Assembly: GCA_049965555.1 (NCBI GenBank)
Contig: JBMFWF010000001.1
Span: 1-64,000, forward strand
Reading direction: 5' to 3'
Length of the DNA stretch: 64,000 bases
Source: Candidatus Parvarchaeum sp.
Lineage (GTDB): Archaea > Nanobdellota > Nanobdellia > Parvarchaeales > Parvarchaeaceae
The position numbers and the translations under genes are program-made. The notes beneath the pieces are model-generated. The model was given only the letters and a program-made list of their open reading frames with translations, ran no database searches and had not been told where the DNA came from. Below are positions 56,513-64,000 of this stretch, piece after piece. Numbering within the stretch: position 1 is the first letter of the stretch; every line of letters starts with the position of its first letter.

Positions 56513-58257
56513 ACGAAAATCACCGCTAAAAGGATAACCGCAGTAAGCCCTATTATTACTGCTGTTAAGTACCTAAATGCATCTCCATTTTGTATCTCCC
56601 TTGTTTTTGAGGATAAAATAAAAGTTGATTCGGCAATTCTAGACATTGCATTTGAAAACATGAAATCAAACTTACCGACATAGAAACCAAAGGCAGAAAT
56701 TGCATTACCTAATGCAATTATGAATTTCTCGTACCCATAATTTGCAACCCCTTCAGATATAGCTTTCATCATTTCCTTGAATTTTCTTGTTTTTCCTACA
56801 TAAAAAATTTCATATGAGAAGAAGATACCTAGCAAAGAAGCTGCGAGAGCTATAAATGAAAACGCATCAAAAGAATATGCTATTTGTATTATGTTTTTGA
56901 AAAAGTAGAGGAAAACTCCGCCAACTGTGGATATTATTGAAAGCAGGATTATAGGCAAGAAAAGATTGAATTCCTTCTTAAGAGGTTTTCTTGTCTTGCT
57001 GCCGAATATTACAAAAAAGGCCCTAAAAGAAAAAAGAGCTGTTAAAAAGGCAACAAAAACAAATGCTATGTTTTCTAATAAATTAAAATTGTGGGTAAGT
57101 GCTGAATGCGCAAAAAAGCTCATAAAGGGAGGTATGGCAGAGATTGAGGCAAAGCCTATTAATGCAGGCACAGTAAACCAAGTGCCCCTTAATTTCTTTT
57201 TATTTAGCTGGTATATATCATAGGTACCAAAAACAATTGCAAGCCCTCCGCTTATGAAGAAAAGCATGGATTTGAAAACTGCATGCGTAAACAGGTAAAA
57301 AATAGCACCGCCGGCATTTAAAGTTCCTATCGCAAGGAACATGAAGGCAAGGCTTTCTATAGTTGAATATGCAAGTATCTTCTTGAAATGCCTTTCCTTT
57401 AAACCAAGCAGGGCGCTTGTAAAAGCAGTAATGAATCCTAAAATAACTATCAAGTTAAGAAGCCCTGCCGTGGATACCAATGGAAGAAGCCTTACAAGAA
57501 GGTACGCTCCTGCTGCAACCATTGTTGCAGAATGAAGAAGGGAACTTACAGGGGTAGGGCCCTCCATTGCATCTATAAGCCAAGTATAGAATGGGAACTG
57601 CGCTGCCTTTGAAAGCCCTGCAATCGTAAAAAGGGAACCTGCAATTACTAATGCTGTTAAGGGAATGGAATGAATGGAATTCAAAATAGAAGATATTGAA
57701 AATGTCTTAAGCGCTGAAAAAATTACAATCAAACCTGCGAGGAAGGCAAGATCCCCTACCCTTGTTATTATAAGAGCCTTCTTGCTTGAAACGGCGGGGC
57801 CGTCTCTATCATACCAAAAGCCTATCAGAAGGTAGGAAGTTATGCCAACAAATTCCCAGAATATGAAGAATAGAAGCAGACTGTTCGACATAACCAAACC
57901 TAGCATGGAGAATATGAAAAATGACATCTCTGCATAAAACCTTGCATGTCTCTCTTCTTTCATGTAAACTCCTGCAAACATCAAAACCATGATTGATATG
58001 AACGAAACAAGCAATGCCATAAAAAGGGTCAGGTTGTTTCCTATGAATGAAAGAGAGAAGGAGAAACTACTGAAAGAAAACCAAGTATAACTTTCTATTG
58101 TATTCTTATTGAAATATATAATAAAGAAGAAAATTGAAAGAACAAAAGAGATTACAGCGGCTGACAAAGAAATCAGCCAGCTTAAGTTCTTTCTTTCTCC
58201 CAATAATGGGATTAAAATTGCAGAGATTAAAAGCGGCAGGAGAATTAGATACAGCAT
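56509..58257 (-). CDS. nuoL: complex I antiporter-like subunit L
   Basis: FWE.VG..SYLLIGFW, K.AQFP..WL.DAMEGPTPVS.LLH, HA.FK; C-terminal lateral helix and Q.G...Y TM. Confidence 0.9.
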   Translation of the reverse strand: MLYLILLPLLISAILIPLLGERKNLSWLISLSAAVISFVLSIFFFIIYFNKNTIESYTWFSFSSFSFSLSFIGNNLTLFMALLVSFISIMVLMFAGVYMKEERHARFYAEMSFFIFSMLGLVMSNSLLLFFIFWEFVGITSYLLIGFWYDRDGPAVSSKKALIITRVGDLAFLAGLIVIFSALKTFSISSILNSIHSIPLTALVIAGSLFTIAGLSKAAQFPFYTWLIDAMEGPTPVSSLLHSATMVAAGAYLLVRLLPLVSTAGLLNLIVILGFITAFTSALLGLKERHFKKILAYSTIESLAFMFLAIGTLNAGGAIFYLFTHAVFKSMLFFISGGLAIVFGTYDIYQLNKKKLRGTWFTVPALIGFASISAIPPFMSFFAHSALTHNFNLLENIAFVFVAFLTALFSFRAFFVIFGSKTRKPLKKEFNLFLPIILLSIISTVGGVFLYFFKNIIQIAYSFDAFSFIALAASLLGIFFSYEIFYVGKTRKFKEMMKAISEGVANYGYEKFIIALGNAISAFGFYVGKFDFMFSNAMSRIAESTFILSSKTREIQNGDAFRYLTAVIIGLTAVILLAVIFV

Positions 58258-58258
58258 A

Positions 58259-58561
58259 TCAACCTCTGTACCTCCCTAACTTTGATATAGAAAGCGAGCC
58301 CGTCCTTCTTGAAAAGACTACCATCAATGCTATGAAAACCACTGTTTCAAATACTATCATTATCAGAGTTATTAAGGCATAGCTTACTCCATTTAGGGCC
58401 GAATAAAAATTGGCAGCTGATATGAAATTTATTATGGCCGCATTGACTATTATCTCTGAGGATATGATTATGGAGATTCCCTCTCTCCTTGAAAGTATTC
58501 CATATATCCCTATAACGAAAAGTATGCTAGTAAGCAGCAGGAAATAATTCTCAGGTATCAT
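58259..58561 (-). CDS. nuoK: complex I subunit K
   Basis: 100 aa, LF.IG.YG.L.R, S.EI..NAA, second Glu in TM3. Confidence 0.85.
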   Translation of the reverse strand: MIPENYFLLLTSILFVIGIYGILSRREGISIIISSEIIVNAAIINFISAANFYSALNGVSYALITLIMIVFETVVFIALMVVFSRRTGSLSISKLGRYRG

Positions 58562-59034
58562 ATCTTCTCACCTCTACTTATTATGTATATTGTCGAAAAT
58601 ATGCTGGCGATTGCAGTGAATGCCAGTACGAATAGGAGGCCGGAATAATTTTGGAAGAAATAAGCTCCAAAATTAGCATAGTTTAAGGCATTGGGATATT
58701 GTGAAGACGGCATTTTAAGCAACAGAAATGAGGTTACTGCCAGTATTATTATTGGAAGAGAGAATGCGAGCTTTGAGTTTATCTTTTTAACTGCCCCCTC
58801 CGGCATTGAGCTTATCCCTATTGCAAGCAAAAGCACTATACCTCCGTTGTATATTATAAGCTCTGCTATTCCAAGAAATACTGCATTTAAGTAAAGTATC
58901 ATTGCAGTTACAGATATAACAAACATGAACATGTAGAGAAGAGAATGTATTAGATTCTTTGTAGAAACCATAAGGATTGCAGTAACTATAAGCAATCCAG
59001 AGATTATCAAAAATCCAATGCTTCCCAAATCCAT
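58558..59034 (-). CDS. nuoJ: complex I subunit J
   Basis: KNLIHS.L, L.A.FL...E..IY.GGI.LL; start MDLGS. Confidence 0.82.
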   Translation of the reverse strand: MDLGSIGFLIISGLLIVTAILMVSTKNLIHSLLYMFMFVISVTAMILYLNAVFLGIAELIIYNGGIVLLLAIGISSMPEGAVKKINSKLAFSLPIIILAVTSFLLLKMPSSQYPNALNYANFGAYFFQNYSGLLFVLAFTAIASIFSTIYIISRGEKI

Positions 59035-59126
59035 TAAAGTAGATAAGAGTTTTATAAATAAATAAGTGGTTTTTGGGTGTAAACAAAAAAACACTCAAAA
59101 ACTGCAAATAATACTTATTTATTTAA

Positions 59127-60011
59127 ATGAAATCATATATTTTTATGATTGGATTCAGCATAAAGAACTACGAGAAAGAGTTCGATACTCAGGAATTGGA
59201 AAAAAAGCATGTGTTCTATGACCTTTATATAAAAAGCGATGATCCACAGGTACTTAGGAACCAAGTATCAGAGTACATGACTGACATGGACTATAAGATA
59301 CTGCTCAATGAACTTGCGAAATTCGATGATAATGAACTTGAAGAGACCTTTAGAGGAGGAAATGTCAAACCCATAAGGGCGCTTATTAAAAGCGCAAAGG
59401 ACAATAAGAAAGGCTCGAAATACCCGATAGCATGGAAGACCTGCCTTATACTTGGAATAATCTTACTGGTAGTTCTCCTTGTTTCTTATAGGTCAAATAT
59501 ATACACAAATATAACTCATTTCAGTTATTCTGCTTCTGCACTTGTCCTTTATGGGATGATAGCATTTTTTGTATTATCACTTATGTTCTTTGAAATAAAG
59601 AAGATAGTGCCGATATTTCTTTGGGCAAAGATAATAGGAGTCTATGATCCAACTGAGGAATCGGCCAATGTAAGAGTAGTTTTAGCAGGAGACTGCAAAT
59701 TCAAGGATAAAGATTCATATTCTAAACTTGAAGGAGATATGACAGAGATGTATAGCGAACTTTCTAGAAAATACGGCAATAAATTGGACAAAAGACAGCT
59801 TGCAAACAGCGTTTCAAGCAGCCTTTCTATGGGTCCGCAGGGTTCCACAAAACTAAACAATAAATTAAGGGATATAGAAAAGGAATCGGCAGACTTGGAG
59901 AGAAATTTCGTTGCAGGCAAGATAAGTGAGGATGAATACAAGAAAATGAAAGCCCAAATAGAGGCTAAAAGACAACAGCTTGATACACTATTTGACTTAA
60001 TAAACGGTTGA
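59127..60011 (+). CDS. membrane protein with C-terminal SHOCT-like domain
   Basis: Two central TM segments; GKISEDEYKKMK. Confidence 0.6.
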   Translation: MKSYIFMIGFSIKNYEKEFDTQELEKKHVFYDLYIKSDDPQVLRNQVSEYMTDMDYKILLNELAKFDDNELEETFRGGNVKPIRALIKSAKDNKKGSKYPIAWKTCLILGIILLVVLLVSYRSNIYTNITHFSYSASALVLYGMIAFFVLSLMFFEIKKIVPIFLWAKIIGVYDPTEESANVRVVLAGDCKFKDKDSYSKLEGDMTEMYSELSRKYGNKLDKRQLANSVSSSLSMGPQGSTKLNNKLRDIEKESADLERNFVAGKISEDEYKKMKAQIEAKRQQLDTLFDLING

Positions 60012-60082
60012 AGGCATTCCCTTTAAAACGGTTTTTGACAGCGGCTTATTTTTTAGATAATTAATGATTAATATCTAGATTT

Positions 60083-60253
60083 TCACTTCTTAGAGGATGA
60101 TAACTCTTTCTTCCTAAGCTCATTCTTCAGCTGAGCGACTTTCTTCTTCAAATGCCTGTACTTACCAGCATCAGCTGGCTGGAGCCCCTGCGTCTTCTTT
60201 ATGTTCATTTTCAGAAGTTCCATTTCCAAGTCCTTCAGATTCTCTTCCATCAT
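60083..60253 (-). CDS. rpl29: 50S ribosomal protein L29, short (not in ORF track)
   Basis: MMEENLKDLEMELLKM...GKYRHLKKKVAQLKNEL; canonical position after S3; GGAGG upstream. Confidence 0.75.
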   Translation of the reverse strand: MMEENLKDLEMELLKMNIKKTQGLQPADAGKYRHLKKKVAQLKNELRKKELSSSKK

Positions 60254-60842
60254 TTATTTTCACTCCTCCTATGTTTTCAGTAGGCACGACAATTGTAACT
60301 TTTATACCTATCGAGCCCCTTTTTAGCACTAACTGTTTTTTTGCGCTTCTAACCCCGAAAAACTCGACCTGTCCGGTCTTTGGCATGACGCTACCTGTAG
60401 GCCTAAACTTAAAATGCGCTGCCCTCTCCTTTATAACCCCTCCTATCTCTATTTCTACTCCTTTCGCACCTGCAGCCATTATGCTATCCATCGCCTTGTG
60501 AGCAACTACTTTGTATTTCATTGGACCGTACTTGGCTATCTTAAAAGCTATTGAATCAGCGACTATTGCAGGGTCCAGATTCGGATTCTGTGAACCTTCA
60601 ACCTCTATTCTAGGGGATTCCTGATTGAAATATTCTCCAAGCTCCTTCGAGCTTTCCCTCAGTATCTGATTAGCTCTTGTTATTATTGCGCCTGGCTTTG
60701 GCGTTTTTATAACTATTTTCATGCCCAGAGGCGTTTTTTCTATCCTTATATCACTTATTCCAAATCTATTGAATTTCTTGAACAGGTATTCCCTAGCAGT
60801 CTCATCATTCACTTTGTTTGCGATTATCTTTTTTGGTAACAT
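60171..60842 (-). CDS. rps3: 30S ribosomal protein S3
   Basis: KTPLG..I......PG.II, P.LD, IM.AGA.GVEI.I.G, GIKV.I. Confidence 0.93.
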   Translation of the reverse strand: MLPKKIIANKVNDETAREYLFKKFNRFGISDIRIEKTPLGMKIVIKTPKPGAIITRANQILRESSKELGEYFNQESPRIEVEGSQNPNLDPAIVADSIAFKIAKYGPMKYKVVAHKAMDSIMAAGAKGVEIEIGGVIKERAAHFKFRPTGSVMPKTGQVEFFGVRSAKKQLVLKRGSIGIKVTIVVPTENIGGVKINDGRESEGLGNGTSENEHKEDAGAPAS

Positions 60843-60843
60843 A

Positions 60844-61428
60844 TCATTGCTCCGCCTTTAAATCATTGCTTTCTGTGCTTTTATTACTTTCTTGCTTTGA
60901 TTCTTCTTCTTTTTTCTCTTCTGCAGGCTTTTGCGCCTTTTTGTCTACAGCATCTTTTACAGATTCTTCGGCAGCAGAGCTCTCGACTTTGTTGTCTGTA
61001 CTGGCCTGCTTCTTCTCTGGTGCCTTCCTTTCCTGATCGACTAAGGAATAAATAGTTAGATTTGTGCGTTTCCCGTGTCTATAAACGGTTCCGCTTGAAA
61101 ACCTTGGATATCCTCCCCTTCCAAGAGAGTAACTACTTATCACTATCTTTGATTCATCTAACCCCATATTCTTTGCATTCGCTTTTAATTCTTCAAGCAT
61201 TGAAATAACCTGCTTAGTTGCTTTCTGAGGGTAACCGGCTGGCACACCATGTTTGTGCCCTTTGCTTGGATATTTTCTGAATGGTATATAAGCCTCCTTT
61301 GCCAATACTTTTTTAAGTAGAGAGTTTGCCTTTGAAATCTGTTTGCCCTTAACTGCCTCCATTATCTCATGTGTATGCTTCAATGAGATAGGCATTCCTT
61401 CCCTTTTGACCTGTACTTTAGTTACCAT
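60844..61428 (-). CDS. rpl22: 50S ribosomal protein L22 with charged C-terminal tail
   Basis: IS.KH..EI...VKG, IPF.KY, YP.KA, NA; order S19-L22-S3. Confidence 0.9.
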   Translation of the reverse strand: MVTKVQVKREGMPISLKHTHEIMEAVKGKQISKANSLLKKVLAKEAYIPFRKYPSKGHKHGVPAGYPQKATKQVISMLEELKANAKNMGLDESKIVISSYSLGRGGYPRFSSGTVYRHGKRTNLTIYSLVDQERKAPEKKQASTDNKVESSAAEESVKDAVDKKAQKPAEEKKEEESKQESNKSTESNDLKAEQ

Positions 61429-61430
61429 AT

Positions 61431-61817
61431 TTACTTAATAGGAACAAATCCGCTTGAACGTGTAGCTTTCATACCTGGCGAACCGTGCTTCACTTGTTTT
61501 GTTGTGAGAGCGAACTCTCCCAAACGATGAAAAACCATCGATGGTTTTATTTCCACCGGCACAAACTCCTTACCGTTGTGCACATGTATTGTAAGTCCGA
61601 CAAAGTCCGGAAGTATGAACATCTCTCTCATGTGTGTCTTAATCGCTTTTGACTTTGCTGCCTTCTTTTTCATGTTAGCTAGAAATGCCTTCTCTTCAGG
61701 CGAGAAACCCCTTTTCATTGCCCTTCTAAAATCGGCATTTGCTATTTTTACAAGGTCTTCGCTTGACATCTTTTTAAGCTCTTCTATGCTTTTTCCTCTA
61801 AATTTATACTCTTCCAT
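61431..61817 (-). CDS. rps19: 30S ribosomal protein S19
   Basis: IKTH.R.M.ILP..VG, HNGKEF, LGEF, ATRSS.FVP.K. Confidence 0.95.
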   Translation of the reverse strand: MEEYKFRGKSIEELKKMSSEDLVKIANADFRRAMKRGFSPEEKAFLANMKKKAAKSKAIKTHMREMFILPDFVGLTIHVHNGKEFVPVEIKPSMVFHRLGEFALTTKQVKHGSPGMKATRSSGFVPIK

Positions 61818-62518
61818 TATCTTACACCTGTCCTCTTAGGGGCAATCGCTCCCACTTTTGCTCCTGGAGGAGAATTCCTAGCGGAGCTTTTAGACTTATG
61901 CTGTGTACTCCTTCTCTTTCCTCCGAATTTATGCTCATAAGCATTCATTGCAACAGCAGCATTCATAGGCCAGTATCTGCTTCTGGCTTTTATAAGATGA
62001 TACTTATTTCCTGCCTTATAAAACGGCTTTTCTTTTCTCCCGGCATTAGCTATCTTGCCTACAATTGCTCGGCAGTCCTGCTTTAATCGAAGAATCTTTC
62101 CGCTTGAAAGCGAAATAGCAACTTCCTCTCCAGTGTTTTCCATTATCCTTGCACTGTTTCCGCCCGCTCTTATAAGTTTTCCCCCATCTCCTGCCTTCAA
62201 TTCAATGTTGTAAACATTTGTTCCCGTTGGGATGTCGCCAAGCCTCAAAACTGAACCGTCTTTTATGCTATCTGTTTTCATGTAAGGGATTATAAGGCCT
62301 TCGTATGCACCAACAAAAGCAGGCAAAAAAGATTTTGAGCCATTCTCAAATTTTATTTCCATTAAAGGTGCAGTCCTGTATGGATCATGGATAAGCTTTG
62401 TTACCCTCGCATTCATTGGCTCAAGCGAGTTAGGAAGCTTTACCTTTCCTATAGCCTTGAAATCGTTGACTCTGAAAACTCTGCTCTTTCCCCTTCTTCT
62501 CGACCTTGGTACTTTCAT
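61817..62518 (-). CDS. rpl2: 50S ribosomal protein L2
   Basis: HDP.RTAP, NIE...GDGGKL.R, AMN..EH.FGG, PPG.KVG.IA..RTG. Confidence 0.95.
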   Translation of the reverse strand: MKVPRSRRRGKSRVFRVNDFKAIGKVKLPNSLEPMNARVTKLIHDPYRTAPLMEIKFENGSKSFLPAFVGAYEGLIIPYMKTDSIKDGSVLRLGDIPTGTNVYNIELKAGDGGKLIRAGGNSARIMENTGEEVAISLSSGKILRLKQDCRAIVGKIANAGRKEKPFYKAGNKYHLIKARSRYWPMNAAVAMNAYEHKFGGKRRSTQHKSKSSARNSPPGAKVGAIAPKRTGVR

Positions 62519-62623
62519 AATTTCGAAATTATACTCTTTACTTATGTTTTTTACCTTTATATATATTTTTATGCCGGATAAAAACGAAATATAATAAAAG
62601 GTAAGGTGTTTTATTCTTTAATA

Positions 62624-63277
62624 ATGAAAAATAATGCATTAAAGCTTTTCGGAAGCGAGATAATCCAAGAATCTAAAGGATTTGCAAGCCTTTGCAAAAC
62701 TGGAAGAAGGTGGGAAGGAAAAGCGATTTTAGTAGTTCTCGATGCTTGCCTTGATAGCACGGGTCTAAACTATTTTACAGTAGTTGTGCCAAAAGTAAAT
62801 TATTTTCGGGAAAAGTATGTAAAAACAGGCATCGTATCAAAATGCAGAGATTTTAAAAAGATGGACGAAAAAGAGTTGCTGTCTATCTTTAGGAATAAAA
62901 GAGTATGGGGTGCAATGAAAGCGATATGCGAATTTATAGCGGAAAGAAGCGGATCTGGAAATGAAATGATAACGCTTAAAAAATGGGCTGAGAATGCCGA
63001 TCCTTTTAACTTTAAAAAAGACGAAATAGGCAGTGTAAAAGGCGTTGGCATAAACACGTTCCAATATCTAAGAATTCAGAGCGGGGTAGATGCTATAATG
63101 CCAGATAAGATAATAATGAAATGGATAAGCAGTAACTTTAGAACCGTTAAAACGCCATATGAATGCATATCAGAAGGGGAAAGGATAAGCGAGGCCCTGG
63201 GCATGAGTAGAACGGAGCTATGCTGGGCCATCTGGATAAAGGAAAGCGGCGAATTAAAGCGCATAAAAGTAGAATAA
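62624..63277 (+). CDS. HhH-GPD-like DNA-binding/glycosylase protein
   Basis: VKGVGINTFQYL...G...IMPD helix-hairpin-helix plus Asp; GTG at 62606 is an alternative start. Confidence 0.6.
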   Translation: MKNNALKLFGSEIIQESKGFASLCKTGRRWEGKAILVVLDACLDSTGLNYFTVVVPKVNYFREKYVKTGIVSKCRDFKKMDEKELLSIFRNKRVWGAMKAICEFIAERSGSGNEMITLKKWAENADPFNFKKDEIGSVKGVGINTFQYLRIQSGVDAIMPDKIIMKWISSNFRTVKTPYECISEGERISEALGMSRTELCWAIWIKESGELKRIKVE

Positions 63278-63311
63278 AAACGTATATAAAACAGCAAAAA
63301 CTTTTTCTCTT

Positions 63312-63590
63312 ATGGACATAAATAAGGTGAATTTCATAAAAAAATCGTTTATAAACTTTGAAGGCAAAACCGAGAAACTCCTAATATATAGAGAGAGCGG
63401 TGAAAGCAATTTCCATTTCGTTTTCAAATGTCCAAAATGTGGAAAAGAAAATGATTTTGAATCAGAATTAAAAACAGAGAAAGTAAGAGAAGATGGAAAA
63501 ATGAAAGAGAAATATGTTTTTAATTGCAGCAAATGCGGACAGGCTTATTCTGTAGAAAGGTTGAAGCCTCCACGCGTGCGCTCAAAATAA
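63312..63590 (+). CDS. zinc-ribbon protein
   Basis: CPKCG...CSKCG. Confidence 0.7.
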   Translation: MDINKVNFIKKSFINFEGKTEKLLIYRESGESNFHFVFKCPKCGKENDFESELKTEKVREDGKMKEKYVFNCSKCGQAYSVERLKPPRVRSK

Positions 63591-63591
63591 T

Positions 63592-64000
63592 ATGAGCCAA
63601 CTAAGAGATACAATAATCAAGCTTGTCGATGATTATAAAATAAAAAGCAGCAACGAAAACGGGCAGAATTTTCTTGTAGATGATGAAGTGCTAAATGAGG
63701 AAGTAAAGCAGGGAGAATTAAAGCCTTCTGATGTTGTTTTAGACATAGGTGCTGGTTTCGGAAGCATAGAAACGCTAGTAAGCAAAAAATGCAGAATCAT
63801 AGCAATAGAGAAGGAGATAAAATGCTATTCTTATTTAATTGATAAATATGAGATAGACCCAAATGTGCAGATAATAAATGCAGACGCCTTGGAAATAATA
63901 TACCCTAAGTTCAATAAAGTGATATCAAACCCCCCTTATAATATTTCAGACAGGATTCTTAACAAACTTTCTTTCTACGATTTTGAATTTGGTGTCATGA
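63592..64000 (+). CDS. rsmA: 16S rRNA adenine dimethyltransferase KsgA/Dim1, runs off window end
   Basis: Manual translation: GQNFLVD, VLDIGAGFG, IAIE, NADAL, VISNPPYNIS. Confidence 0.92.
   Translation, partial: MSQLRDTIIKLVDDYKIKSSNENGQNFLVDDEVLNEEVKQGELKPSDVVLDIGAGFGSIETLVSKKCRIIAIEKEIKCYSYLIDKYEIDPNVQIINADALEIIYPKFNKVISNPPYNISDRILNKLSFYDFEFGVM

Noticed and set aside
53746-59034. Canonical Mrp antiporter or hydrogenase operon
   Set aside because: No MrpE/F/G or hydrogenase subunits; gene order and the NuoL-type C-terminus fit nuoJKLMN

Overview
AT-rich, gene-dense archaeal chromosome segment. TFB, thermosome, Lsm, L37e/L15e/L35Ae, aIF5B, Trm1, GINS and archaeal TrpRS mark it as archaeal. 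Short proteins, a fragmented ribosomal operon, convergent gene overlaps and many class III signal-peptide proteins suggest a reduced DPANN genome, possibly Parvarchaeota-like (inference, no phylogeny run). It carries housekeeping genes, a glycogen/sugar-nucleotide set (GT3 synthase, GH57, three GalT-like, two NDP-sugar pyrophosphorylases) and four tRNA genes. No integrase, transposase, CRISPR array or rRNA was seen. Most notable: (1) a translationally coupled array of four 46-57 aa mini-pilin-like genes, missed by the ORF track, directly behind a 575-aa unknown protein, plus a fifth inside an operon of Cys-rich exported proteins; (2) a stand-alone nuoJKLMN operon with no other complex I genes nearby; (3) an intron-containing tRNA-Ile(UAU) and a tRNA-Thr(UGU) with an aberrant T-loop; (4) pilins sharing an invariant N-terminus but with divergent heads; (5) an RHH regulator and a CysD-like enzyme ending in the same KLRxxGYM tail. 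All family calls come from motif recognition by eye; no searches were run.
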